Under the pieces are notes generated by a model, which worked only from the letters and a program-made list of their open reading frames with translations, made no database searches and had not been told where the DNA came from. A program made the position numbers and the translations under genes. DNA of 64,000 nucleotides, from positions 992,001-1,056,000 of the forward strand of contig CBDDTI010000747.1 of the NCBI GenBank assembly GCA_965233585.1, written 5' to 3'. Source of the DNA: a bacterium. GTDB lineage: Bacteria; SAR324; NAC60-12. Of the stretch, positions 50,534 through 59,779 are shown piece after piece. Numbering within the stretch: the first letter of the stretch is position 1; each line of letters begins with the position of its first letter.

Positions 50534-51675
50534 AATTTATGTTTGTTTTTTAGCCATTTAAAATATGTAGATTGAATTGCATCTCCCATTTCTTTCCTAT
50601 ACCGTTCACGAGAAAATAGATTCGCTCTATCTGAACAAATTTGAGGGTCAAACTCTTTCCACCTTAATTCCATTGAAGCAACTGCTTGAGATAACGACTC
50701 AACTATTGGCAAGTCAAAAAATATCCCAGTTTCTTGGGTTACAGTTTCCAAAGCTCCTCCCTTAGCATAAGCAATCACAGGAATACCCGATGCCAATGCT
50801 TCTAAAGGTGTGATTCCAAAATCATCTTCACCCGGAAAAATAAATGCTCTTGCTTTACGATAAAATTGTGCTATTAGTTCATCATTAACATTCCCTAAAA
50901 ATTCAATATTTTCACAAGCAATATGACGGCAATAAATTTCTGTTTGTCCTGTCCCTATAATTTTCAAAGGTAAACCCAATTGATTGAAAGTGTGTATTGC
51001 CAAATCTACATTTTTGTTTGGAGCAAATGCACCGACCATCAAGTAATACGTATCTCTATTTAATTCAGATTTTAAAGGTTTAAATTGATCTAAATTGGCA
51101 GGAGGGTAAATGACAATAGAATCCTTACAATAAATATTTTTAATTTGCTTTTGAATATTTTGACTATTACATAAAATTTGATGAATATTTTGATTAGAAT
51201 TAAAATCCCAGTATTGAAGGTAAGGACGGATTAATTTTGCAACACAGCTTGTCAATGTATTGGAAGAAGTCGTATTAAAATATTGGTCAAACAAATTCCA
51301 CATGTATCTCATAGGTGCATGAATATAGGAGACATGACAAGTTTTTTCAGTAATTTTAACTCCTTTAGCAACACAATGACTAGAACTAATGACTAAATCA
51401 TATTGCTCCAAATCAAATGATTCAATAGCATGAGGAAAAAGTGGTAAATAATATCTATATTTATCAAATGAATATGGAAATTTATTGAGGTATGAAGTAT
51501 ATATTTTATGATTTAAGATAGTGCCTGAAATTTTTTCAGAATGACAGAACAATGTATAAATATCTGAACGAGGAAATAGCTCGCAAAGGACTTCTAAACA
51601 TTTTTCACCTCCTCTCATTCCAGTTAACCAATCATGCACCAATGCTATTTTTAATCCACTTTTCCAATCAGTCAT
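50530..51675 (-). CDS. GT4-family glycosyltransferase
   Basis: ALVHDWL.GMRGGEK, ISSSHCVAKG, DFGITPLEALASG.PVIAY..GGALETV. Confidence 0.92.
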   Translation of the reverse strand: MTDWKSGLKIALVHDWLTGMRGGEKCLEVLCELFPRSDIYTLFCHSEKISGTILNHKIYTSYLNKFPYSFDKYRYYLPLFPHAIESFDLEQYDLVISSSHCVAKGVKITEKTCHVSYIHAPMRYMWNLFDQYFNTTSSNTLTSCVAKLIRPYLQYWDFNSNQNIHQILCNSQNIQKQIKNIYCKDSIVIYPPANLDQFKPLKSELNRDTYYLMVGAFAPNKNVDLAIHTFNQLGLPLKIIGTGQTEIYCRHIACENIEFLGNVNDELIAQFYRKARAFIFPGEDDFGITPLEALASGIPVIAYAKGGALETVTQETGIFFDLPIVESLSQAVASMELRWKEFDPQICSDRANLFSRERYRKEMGDAIQSTYFKWLKNKHKL

Positions 51676-51678
51676 AAA

Positions 51679-53364
51679 CTAATAAGAAGCAACTTGATTG
51701 ATTGTATTAGAAGCATATTCTTTAATAGCATTTGCAATAGATCTTGCCATTTTTTCTCTCTGAACAGGTTGCAACATATTATGTCGATCTTGACGATTTT
51801 TAAGATTTGCAATTTCTATAAGAATAGAAATAGGAATCTTGCTATATCTTAAAACTCCGGGTAAAGATTTTTTTCCATGACGATAATAATAGGAACGTAT
51901 TGGTGAATTTTTATGAATCTTGATATGAGCAGATTTTAAATTTTTGATCATTTTTTTCGCAAAAAACAAACTTTTTTGTGCTTGATAATAATTGTCAATT
52001 TTTTGAAATTTGATACGAGAAGCAAATTCTTTTCTTTTTGTATAAATTCTTTTTAAAGTGCGAAATTCTGGTACTTTAAGCTCTGCATCAGGATAATAAA
52101 TTGTTGCACCACGAAGAGAAGAGTGCAAAGCATCAGCATGCAAGCTAATAAAAATAATATTGTCCTTAGGAACACCTTTTTTGACTAGCTGGTGATAAAG
52201 ATAGTTAATTAAGTAAATACGAAAATTGATGCTAATTTTGCTACTGGTTAAATTATAGTTTGGATTCACTAACAAAAATTCATCGCGATCCTTCGTTGTT
52301 TGTAATTTATGAACAGGCTGCTTTTGATTCGCATCTTTAACGGTTTGATAAACTTTAAATTGACTTCGTTCTAAAATGTTTTTCAATCGTAAAAGTACGT
52401 CATAAGTCAGTTCATCTTCAAAAATTAAATCACGATTTTTTTTGGATCCCCCAATCGCACCGGGATCATTACCTCCATGTCCTGAATCAAGAATAATATG
52501 TAAAGGATAAAGTGAACTAGGAGCATGATTTTTGTGAGAATCTAAATTGTCTAAATCTAATTCAGATTGAAGATTTTCAGAATTGTTTAAGTATTTATCA
52601 CTAATCCAAGCAAGTGGAATCTTTAATTTTGTTCCAACAGGTATGTTGTTTTCATTTTTAATCTTATTGATCAGTAGCAGTTGGTTTGCTAAATGACGAA
52701 CTTCTTTGTCCCAAATCCTGCCTGTAAAACGGATAATGACAGCAGAGTAAATAGATTCTCCTTGTAATATCTTATAAGTTGCAAATTTATTTTGATGACT
52801 ATCCTCAAAAAGTTTTAATGGTTTTTTCAAAGAAATTTTTTGAACAGGTAATAACTCCTTTCTTATCCAAGACAGAGGAATCCAAACTACATCTCCTTTT
52901 CTCAAATAATTTTTTTTCACCTTATTAAATGATTGAAGTTTCTTGTAACTAATATGTTGTTTTGCAAAGAGACCTGAAAGCAAGCTCCATGTCTCATGGT
53001 TAGAAACAACAGAATGTTTCCAAGAATTTTTAATGATTTGATCATTGGGGAAAAGATATTTTAAAGACAAACTTTGCAATTCTGGCTTCAGCAAAGAAAA
53101 AGGAATTTGAATGAAATGATTTGGATAAAGTCTTCGGTTTTGATTCAGTTTCTTAATCTCTTGATAAGCAGTTTGCCAATGAGCAGTCAATTTTTGAGCA
53201 AGAGAATAAAACGAATCCCCAGATTTTATCTTTGTTTTGAGATGAATACCAGTTTGAATGCAAACCGAAAATTCTCTTTGAAAGGACATAAATTTTTTAC
53301 ATGGAAACGCTAATGCAATCTGACTTGTTCCTATTGTTAGAAGTGTGAAGATTATTTTTTTCAT
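51679..53364 (-). CDS. N-acetylmuramoyl-L-alanine amidase (Amidase_3) with LysM-like repeats
   Basis: ILDSGHGGNDPGA, FISLHAD, ILIEIANL; N-terminal IKSGDSFYSLA-type LysM segments. Confidence 0.85.
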   Translation of the reverse strand: MKKIIFTLLTIGTSQIALAFPCKKFMSFQREFSVCIQTGIHLKTKIKSGDSFYSLAQKLTAHWQTAYQEIKKLNQNRRLYPNHFIQIPFSLLKPELQSLSLKYLFPNDQIIKNSWKHSVVSNHETWSLLSGLFAKQHISYKKLQSFNKVKKNYLRKGDVVWIPLSWIRKELLPVQKISLKKPLKLFEDSHQNKFATYKILQGESIYSAVIIRFTGRIWDKEVRHLANQLLLINKIKNENNIPVGTKLKIPLAWISDKYLNNSENLQSELDLDNLDSHKNHAPSSLYPLHIILDSGHGGNDPGAIGGSKKNRDLIFEDELTYDVLLRLKNILERSQFKVYQTVKDANQKQPVHKLQTTKDRDEFLLVNPNYNLTSSKISINFRIYLINYLYHQLVKKGVPKDNIIFISLHADALHSSLRGATIYYPDAELKVPEFRTLKRIYTKRKEFASRIKFQKIDNYYQAQKSLFFAKKMIKNLKSAHIKIHKNSPIRSYYYRHGKKSLPGVLRYSKIPISILIEIANLKNRQDRHNMLQPVQREKMARSIANAIKEYASNTINQVASY

Positions 53365-53480
53365 ATTATCGTTTTAGGGTTTTTGTTTTGCTTTTGAGCA
53401 ATATTTTTTCCTTTTTAATAAAAATATTTTACATAATATTGACCATTTTTTATAAAAGTTTAAAAACCTTGGTAATTGAG

Positions 53481-53556
53481 TGCTTGACACGAAATCTCAA
53501 AAAAAGGAGTTGTTGGGAAAAAGACAAAAGAGATTGCGGGTCAAGCCCGCAATGAC
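53481..53556. repeat. REP-like palindromic element, same family as 1-380
   Basis: tgcttgacacgaaatctcaaaa...gagattgcgggtcaagcccgcaatgac matches the elements at the window start. Confidence 0.8.
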
Positions 53557-53618
53557 TGATGACTTTTGACAGCAAGTATGACAAAACTTGCTAGGGGACG
53601 AAATACTACTCCAAAACA

Positions 53619-54008
53619 CTACCTCCCAAACTTGATTAAAAACATGTCCCAACTGCCTGAATTGCTGTGTCCATCAAAATTTCCTCCAGCAGAATCCACA
53701 CTCACTCCTCTTCCAGAATCATAACTGCTAGTGCCAAGCAATTTAGACCACTGCTTCACTCCTGAACCATCATACTTGATTAAAAACATGTCCCAACTGC
53801 CTGAATTGCTGTGTCCATCAAAATTTCCTCCAGAGGATCCTGTCACGTAAACATTGCCTGATGAATCCACACTCACTCCAAATGCTCTATCATCACCGCT
53901 AGTGCCAAGCAGTTTTGACCAGCTTGAACCTCCGATTTGCTTCCAAGAGTATTTGGCAGCAATGGCTTGTGTATAGCAACTCCAATCTGATGCAGGCGTG
54001 TTGTCAGA
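53619..54008 (-). pseudogene. 5'-truncated SBBP/beta-propeller repeat protein fragment
   Basis: Frame is open from ~54008 without a start codon (SDNTPASDWSC...WSKLLGTSGDDRAFGVSVDSSGNVYVTG); the second repeat lacks the GNVYVTG segment. Confidence 0.75.
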
Positions 54009-54012
54009 GGCT

Positions 54013-55368
54013 TTAGCCCGTTCGCTGGAGTGATTTGTTGTATGTTAAACTAATGATACTGATTTTTCGTTGTCTTAGTACCCAATAAAACATTGCATAT
54101 GTGAGCAAACTATCAATTGCAAGTCCTACGGCAAACATAACGGCAATTAACATCAAAGTAGGTTTGTAAACTCCAAGTGAATACAAAACAAACAATGTCC
54201 CATAAAAAAGTGTGTTGACTACAATTGACTGAAACAACATGTAATTTGTTTTTCCAATACCATAAAAAATACTGTCAATCACATTATTGAATGCAAAAGC
54301 AATATAAAAAATTAACGATACTAGGATTACTTGATATACACCAGCATAATTTTCTACATTCATTACGTTTTTTACAAATGAACTCCAAAAGGGAATTGTG
54401 ATTAGCCATACCAACGTAATTATTCCTGTTATCGTAAAATATCCCAAAGTTTTTTGCTTAATTGCATTGTTGCCAAACTCTCCACAATCCCTTTTAATTA
54501 GTTGTCCTAACTGCATTACTGGCAACAAAAGCCAGCCCCATATAAAGCTATTTGCCACCCAAAAAGTGCCTTGTTCTCCAACAACATTAACCATTTTAAG
54601 AATCATTAGCAGAAAAGCGGTATTCCTAACAAAACTTTCAAGACCAGAGTAGCTCCCTACCTTTACCCACTCCTTCATCCAAGCGTACGAACCTCGTTCT
54701 TTTAAAGAAATTCTGTAGCCTTCCCAATTTAGGAAAACGATGGCAATCAAAAGTAGAATAAGATTCACAATGATGTTTCCAACACCAATGCCATTGACGC
54801 CAAGTTGAAGAGAAAACGATAGTGAAGAGATGAGGAAAGTATCAGAAGAAATAGTTAGTAGCATTTGAATCACTAACAAAGCGTACAAATATCTATCTTT
54901 TTTAATTGTAATGATGACAAGCGTTAAAAACTGCACAACAGTATAAAAAATTGAGGCAATGCTTTCCAACCAAATATAAGTGATTGTAGCAGGTATAAGC
55001 TCCTTTTTTTGACTCATAAAAGCTGTTAATGGCTCGGTAAATATAATGATAATTACTGAAAAAAGCGTATAAATTCCAAATGTAACAACTAACCCAGTTT
55101 TTATTTTATTTTTTAGCTCTGATTGATTAGCTAATGACTTTCCCATCAAATAAAAAAGAGGTAACATAATTGCCTCTTGTAGAACTTCGTATACTACATT
55201 CAACCATGCTAACTGACTCGCAATATTCAATCCCCAATCTATGGGCATATTACCTAAAAAGAAAATTCTTACTGTCTTATAGATGTTTGGGATAAATCCC
55301 ATTACAAGCAGAGTTGTGAAAAGTCTAAGATTTATATAATTGAGAGACAGTACTATAAATTTAATCAT
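54013..55368 (-). CDS. MATE-family efflux transporter
   Basis: About 12 TM segments, IASQLAW.NV.YEV.QEA, SGLESFVRN, W.AN.FIWGWLLLP; AT-rich. Confidence 0.8.
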   Translation of the reverse strand: MIKFIVLSLNYINLRLFTTLLVMGFIPNIYKTVRIFFLGNMPIDWGLNIASQLAWLNVVYEVLQEAIMLPLFYLMGKSLANQSELKNKIKTGLVVTFGIYTLFSVIIIIFTEPLTAFMSQKKELIPATITYIWLESIASIFYTVVQFLTLVIITIKKDRYLYALLVIQMLLTISSDTFLISSLSFSLQLGVNGIGVGNIIVNLILLLIAIVFLNWEGYRISLKERGSYAWMKEWVKVGSYSGLESFVRNTAFLLMILKMVNVVGEQGTFWVANSFIWGWLLLPVMQLGQLIKRDCGEFGNNAIKQKTLGYFTITGIITLVWLITIPFWSSFVKNVMNVENYAGVYQVILVSLIFYIAFAFNNVIDSIFYGIGKTNYMLFQSIVVNTLFYGTLFVLYSLGVYKPTLMLIAVMFAVGLAIDSLLTYAMFYWVLRQRKISIISLTYNKSLQRTG

Positions 55369-55375
55369 AGTTGGA

Positions 55376-56319
55376 TCATGGTTTCACTATGTAGTCACGA
55401 ACTTTTTTCCATATATTTCCATCAAGATTGTCGCCATGGTGTTCGCTAGCTAGTTTTAAGATACGAAATTTTTCTAAAATATCATCTGCAAGAGAACTAT
55501 CTGGCAATTTATTAGTCAATTTGTTTGACTTGACTAATTCAATCAACTTTAACTCACCTACATTTTCTGGTGGATTTAGCCCCGATTTTACAACAAGCTT
55601 TTCCAAGACTTCAATTAAACATTTCTCAGCGTTACGCATTCCAAATTCACAATTATCAGATACAGTTTTCTTTCTTTTCCATCGCACAACTAAAACTGTC
55701 CTAAGTCCTTTTTTACTTTCATGAGATGCATGCAAGAGATGAGGGGAAAACAAAACAATATCTCCTGCTGACATATTCAATGTCTTAACTTCACTCTCAT
55801 AGTTATCTGCAGGATCTATGAAATCTTTTGCCAGGAAGTCAACATTAGGTAAATGTGGCAGATAACGAGCAAAAGGAAACACTTTTAATGCACCATTTGA
55901 TGTATTTACATCTTCTAGTGCAATCCATGTAGTTAAATCATAACTTTCGGATTTATTTATTGACCAATAATCAGAGTCTCTATGTCCATGAGTTTTCTGG
56001 CTAGCACTTGGAGATTTCTGAATAAGTGCAGATCGAACGATTTCTACTTCATGTTCCAATATTTCACAAACAAGCGGCTTAACTTGAGGGGTTATTCTAT
56101 CACACAGATATTCCACAATTTCACATGGCTTACTCCACCGATCAATAACACTCATATACTCAATTTTGGAACATTAATAGACTGTGCCATCTCCTCTATT
56201 GCTTTATCAACTTGATCGCAGCAGTGTTTCTGCATATCCAAACCCAGCACTTTTTTTACCAAGTAGCCATTATTTTGATAAAAATATAGATCTTCTTTGC
56301 TCAACATAGTTGATTTCAT
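55376..56319 (-). pseudogene. Phytanoyl-CoA dioxygenase (PhyH)-family gene with a frameshift
   Basis: H.D motif (HRD), TWIALEDV...NGAL, AGDIVLF...LLHAS. The N-terminal MLSKEDLYFYQNNGYLV lies in another frame; one extra base at the A4 run 56164-56167 rejoins the frames. Confidence 0.75.
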
Positions 56320-56352
56320 GTCATCTCATTTTTCTTAAATTTCATAAAAAGA

Positions 56353-56382
56353 TGCTACTTGAGACCATTATCTCAAGTAGCA
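56353..56382 (-). terminator. Perfect 12-bp hairpin followed by a U-rich tract on the minus strand
   Basis: tgctacttgaga-ccatta-tctcaagtagca; minus strand continues TCTTTTT. Confidence 0.55.
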
Positions 56383-56614
56383 AGGAAAAAGAAGGAGGCC
56401 ATGCAGTAGCTGAGTAAAAAGTGAGATGCAAGCATTTTTTGCAAAAAATGGAATGATTGAAAAAATCGTGCTGGAACACTGGAATGGCTGAACGTGCTTT
56501 TCCACAGGGACAGCAAACGAAGTCATAAAAAACTTTTCAGATGATTTGCAATTTAGGCTATACTGATACGCTCAAAAGTTTTTGGGTATCAAATCAAAAA
56601 GTATAGAATCAGCT

Positions 56615-56791
56615 ATGAAATTTTCGCCAAGTCACTGGGTTGGTAGTATTGGTCTGTTACTGATGCTCGTCATGTGTGGGTTCATGGCATACATGCTTTT
56701 GAATTATGATGAACTCAGGCGGGAACAAGTCAACATTGTCCGCGATTATATGAACACTCGCTCTCACTCTCAAGCATCACCTCAACCATGA
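56615..56791 (+). CDS. Small single-TM hypothetical protein
   Basis: MKFSPSHW start, hydrophobic helix, ATGA overlap with ilvE. Confidence 0.55.
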   Translation: MKFSPSHWVGSIGLLLMLVMCGFMAYMLLNYDELRREQVNIVRDYMNTRSHSQASPQP

Positions 56792-57864
56792 ACATTACAG
56801 AACAACTTATTCCAGAAGCACAACGTAAAGCCCTCCCAAAGGATATTTCTCAAATTGACTTCGGCTCTCAAATGTCTAACCATATGTTTATGATGGATTG
56901 GGAAGAAGGTCAAGGCTGGCAGAATCATCGTGTTGTCCCTTATCAAGAGATTCCACTTTTTCCTGCGGCAAAAGTATTTCATTATGGTCAAGAAATTTTT
57001 GAAGGTTTAAAAGCCTACACCTTAGCTGATGGAACGCATGCGTTATTTAGACCACGTGAAAACTTTAGCAGAATGAATCGTTCTGCGGCACGACTTGCCA
57101 TGCCCCAAATTCCAGAAGAAGAGGCACTTTTAGGCTTAAAAAGGCTGTTGCAAATTGAAAGAGATTGGATTCCCAAAGAACCTTACACCAGCCTTTACAT
57201 CAGACCGACTTTGATTGGCACTGAACCCACATTGGGGTTGGCTGCATCTAAAAAGTTTTTGTTTTTTATCATTTTATCTCCTGTTGCTCCGTTTTATTCG
57301 TCAAATCTCAAAGCCGTTAAAATCTGGGTGACATCAGAGTATTCTCGTGCAGCGCCAAAGGGAACAGGTCAAGCCAAGTGCGGGGGAAATTATTCTGCAA
57401 GCCTCATTGCAGTCAAGCAAGCACGTGACAAAAATTATCAACAAGAATTATGGCTTGATGCGGCACAAGGCAAGTATGTTGAAGAGGTGGGGTCTATGAA
57501 TCTTTTCTTTCGGATTGGTGATGAATTGGTCACACCAAGTTTGGAAACTGGAACGATTTTGTCTGGAATTACCAGAAAGTCTGTCATAGACATTTTTAGG
57601 CATTGGGGAATCCGTGTGGTAGAACGTATGATTGAGTTTGAGGAGGTTGTCAACCGTGCAAAAGATGGCACACTCACAGAAGTTTTTGGAGCAGGCACTG
57701 CGGTTGTCATTGCCCCAGTTGGTCAAATTGACAGCCAAGACCATCAATGCACCATTGCCGATGGACAAACTGGACAATGGACTCAACGCATCTATGACTA
57801 CTTGACAGACCTCCAATATGGACGCGAACAAGACATCTTCCAGTGGATGGAGTCCATTGACTAA
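56788..57864 (+). CDS. ilvE: Branched-chain amino acid aminotransferase
   Basis: HYGQEIFEGLKAY, SLYIRP, AKCGGNY, EEVGSMN, ILSGITR.S, FGAGTA. Confidence 0.96.
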   Translation: MNITEQLIPEAQRKALPKDISQIDFGSQMSNHMFMMDWEEGQGWQNHRVVPYQEIPLFPAAKVFHYGQEIFEGLKAYTLADGTHALFRPRENFSRMNRSAARLAMPQIPEEEALLGLKRLLQIERDWIPKEPYTSLYIRPTLIGTEPTLGLAASKKFLFFIILSPVAPFYSSNLKAVKIWVTSEYSRAAPKGTGQAKCGGNYSASLIAVKQARDKNYQQELWLDAAQGKYVEEVGSMNLFFRIGDELVTPSLETGTILSGITRKSVIDIFRHWGIRVVERMIEFEEVVNRAKDGTLTEVFGAGTAVVIAPVGQIDSQDHQCTIADGQTGQWTQRIYDYLTDLQYGREQDIFQWMESID

Positions 57865-57909
57865 AAAGTGCCAATGACTTGATTCAAGTCAATGATTTGA
57901 ATGATTTGA

Positions 57910-58644
57910 TTGAAACAAATGATTTTGACCAACAAAAGTTTTTGGACTCATGCCATAGCCTCATCTGTCCTTGCATTTGGTGTTCTGCTTCCTGCAGACT
58001 TTGCACACCGTGCCATCTTCATTCAAGCCGCTTTGTTTGCCCTTTCTGGAGCAGTAACGAACTGGCTGGCTGTTTATATGCTGTTTGAAAAAATTCCTTT
58101 GGTCTATGGTTCAGGTGTCGTTCCTACTCATTTTGAGGAATTTAAGGCAGGCATTCACAAGATGGTGATTGAGAATTTTTTCACAGAAGAAAAGATTTCT
58201 AAAATCACACAAAATTTAAGTCAACAATTTTCCAAAGAGCAAATTGTTCAAAAAATCAATTTAGATGATTTGTTTGATGACTTTGTCAATGTCATCTGCG
58301 ACTCTTCCTTTGGCTCATTTTTAAGCATGCTTGGGGGTAGAACAGCATTGGAAGTGCTTCGTGAACCATTCAAAAAAGAGATGAGCAGGCGAGTGGACAC
58401 CATGATTGACACCCTCCAAATAGAAGAAAAAATTGCACAAATGACAGACCCCCAAATGTTACTTGAAAAAATAGAATCATTGATTGACAACAGATTGAAC
58501 GAACTCACTCCAGAAGGAGTCAAAAAACTGGTAGAAGACATGATTCGCAAACATCTTGGCTGGCTGGTCGTTTGGGGCGGTGTCTTTGGTGGATTGATTG
58601 GTGCTTTGTCTGCTTATCTGCAATCGGTGACGTCATTCTTTTAA
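57910..58644 (+). CDS. DUF445-family membrane protein
   Basis: FALSGAVTNWLAVYMLFEK.P..YGSGV and HLGWLVVWGGVFGGLIG. Confidence 0.85.
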   Translation: MKQMILTNKSFWTHAIASSVLAFGVLLPADFAHRAIFIQAALFALSGAVTNWLAVYMLFEKIPLVYGSGVVPTHFEEFKAGIHKMVIENFFTEEKISKITQNLSQQFSKEQIVQKINLDDLFDDFVNVICDSSFGSFLSMLGGRTALEVLREPFKKEMSRRVDTMIDTLQIEEKIAQMTDPQMLLEKIESLIDNRLNELTPEGVKKLVEDMIRKHLGWLVVWGGVFGGLIGALSAYLQSVTSFF

Positions 58645-58813
58645 ATTTCCTTGAAACAAAATCAGTCCAAAGAAGTTAAATATAAGATTTTTGGGGATTC
58701 ACAAGTCAATTTTTGTGTCAAAACATTCTTTTAAATTTCCTTGAAACAAAATCAATCTACAGGAGTTAAATATAAGATTTTTGGGGATTCACAAGTCAAC
58801 TTTCATATCAAAA
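58634..58813. repeat. 90-bp imperfect tandem duplication
   Basis: cattcttttaaatttccttgaaacaaaatca...ggggattcacaagtcaa at 58634 and 58724. Confidence 0.85.
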
Positions 58814-58864
58814 ATTTGACTTAATTAGGTGGTGATTGTTTGTGTCTATTTTTAAAATTTGATT

Positions 58865-59692
58865 ATGGAAGGGCAACAACTGAAGGACATTGTCAAAGAT
58901 TTCTGGAATGAGCAGTCTTGCGGAGAAGTGTATGCAACAGGAGAATCTGAACAAGACTATTATGAATCTCATGCAAAGAAACGTTATGAACTAGAACCTT
59001 ATATTTACGATTTTGCAAAGTTTTCTGAAGGAGCAGGTCAAGATATTCTTGAGATTGGTGTCGGAATGGGTGCAGACCACATAGAATGGGCAAAGTCTCA
59101 ACCTCGTTCACTCACGGGAATAGACCTCACTCCAAGAGCTGTTGAACACACCAAAAAAAGACTTCAGTTCTATTTTCCCAAAGACTCGTTCAAGTCCAAA
59201 GTTGAGACCGCTGATGCTGAAATCCTACCTTTTAACAATGACTCGTTTGACATCATTTATTCATGGGGGGTGCTTCATCACTCACCAAACACGCCTCAAG
59301 CATTTCAGGAAGTCTTTCGCGTGCTTCGGGAAGGAGGGACAGCAAAAATTATGATTTACCATAAATATTCTTTGACAGGCTACATGCTTTGGATCAAATA
59401 TGGGTTACTAAAAGGTCAAATTTTTCGTACGTTAGATGACATTTATTATCACCATTTGGAAAGTCTTGGCACTAAGGCTTACTCTGTGGAAGAGGCAAGG
59501 CAAATGTGTTCTGCTTTTTCAGAAGTTAAAATCAAAACGCAGCTGAGCTTTGGCGATTTGTTAGAGGGTCAAGTTGGACAGAGGCATCAAGGGCTTTTAC
59601 TCACCATTGCCAAAAAAATTTATCCCCGAACACTTTTTAAATCTCTTTTTAGAAAACATGGAATTATGATGATGATTGAGCTAAAAAAATGA
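58865..59692 (+). CDS. Class I SAM-dependent methyltransferase
   Basis: ILEIGVGMGAD, GIDLT, DAE.LPF..DSFD.IYSWGVLHH.P. Confidence 0.9.
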   Translation: MEGQQLKDIVKDFWNEQSCGEVYATGESEQDYYESHAKKRYELEPYIYDFAKFSEGAGQDILEIGVGMGADHIEWAKSQPRSLTGIDLTPRAVEHTKKRLQFYFPKDSFKSKVETADAEILPFNNDSFDIIYSWGVLHHSPNTPQAFQEVFRVLREGGTAKIMIYHKYSLTGYMLWIKYGLLKGQIFRTLDDIYYHHLESLGTKAYSVEEARQMCSAFSEVKIKTQLSFGDLLEGQVGQRHQGLLLTIAKKIYPRTLFKSLFRKHGIMMMIELKK

Positions 59693-59779
59693 GATTTAAA
59701 AAGAAAAATGAAGTAAGAGGTCAAGCAACAAACGATCGCTCCCTCAATCCAATCATATTTCAAACTTTGACATTTTAAA

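Noticed and set aside
56391..56409. AAGGAGG followed by ATG-CAG-TAG mini-ORF (leader peptide)
   Set aside because: RBS-ATG spacing is only 2 nt and there is no supporting context.
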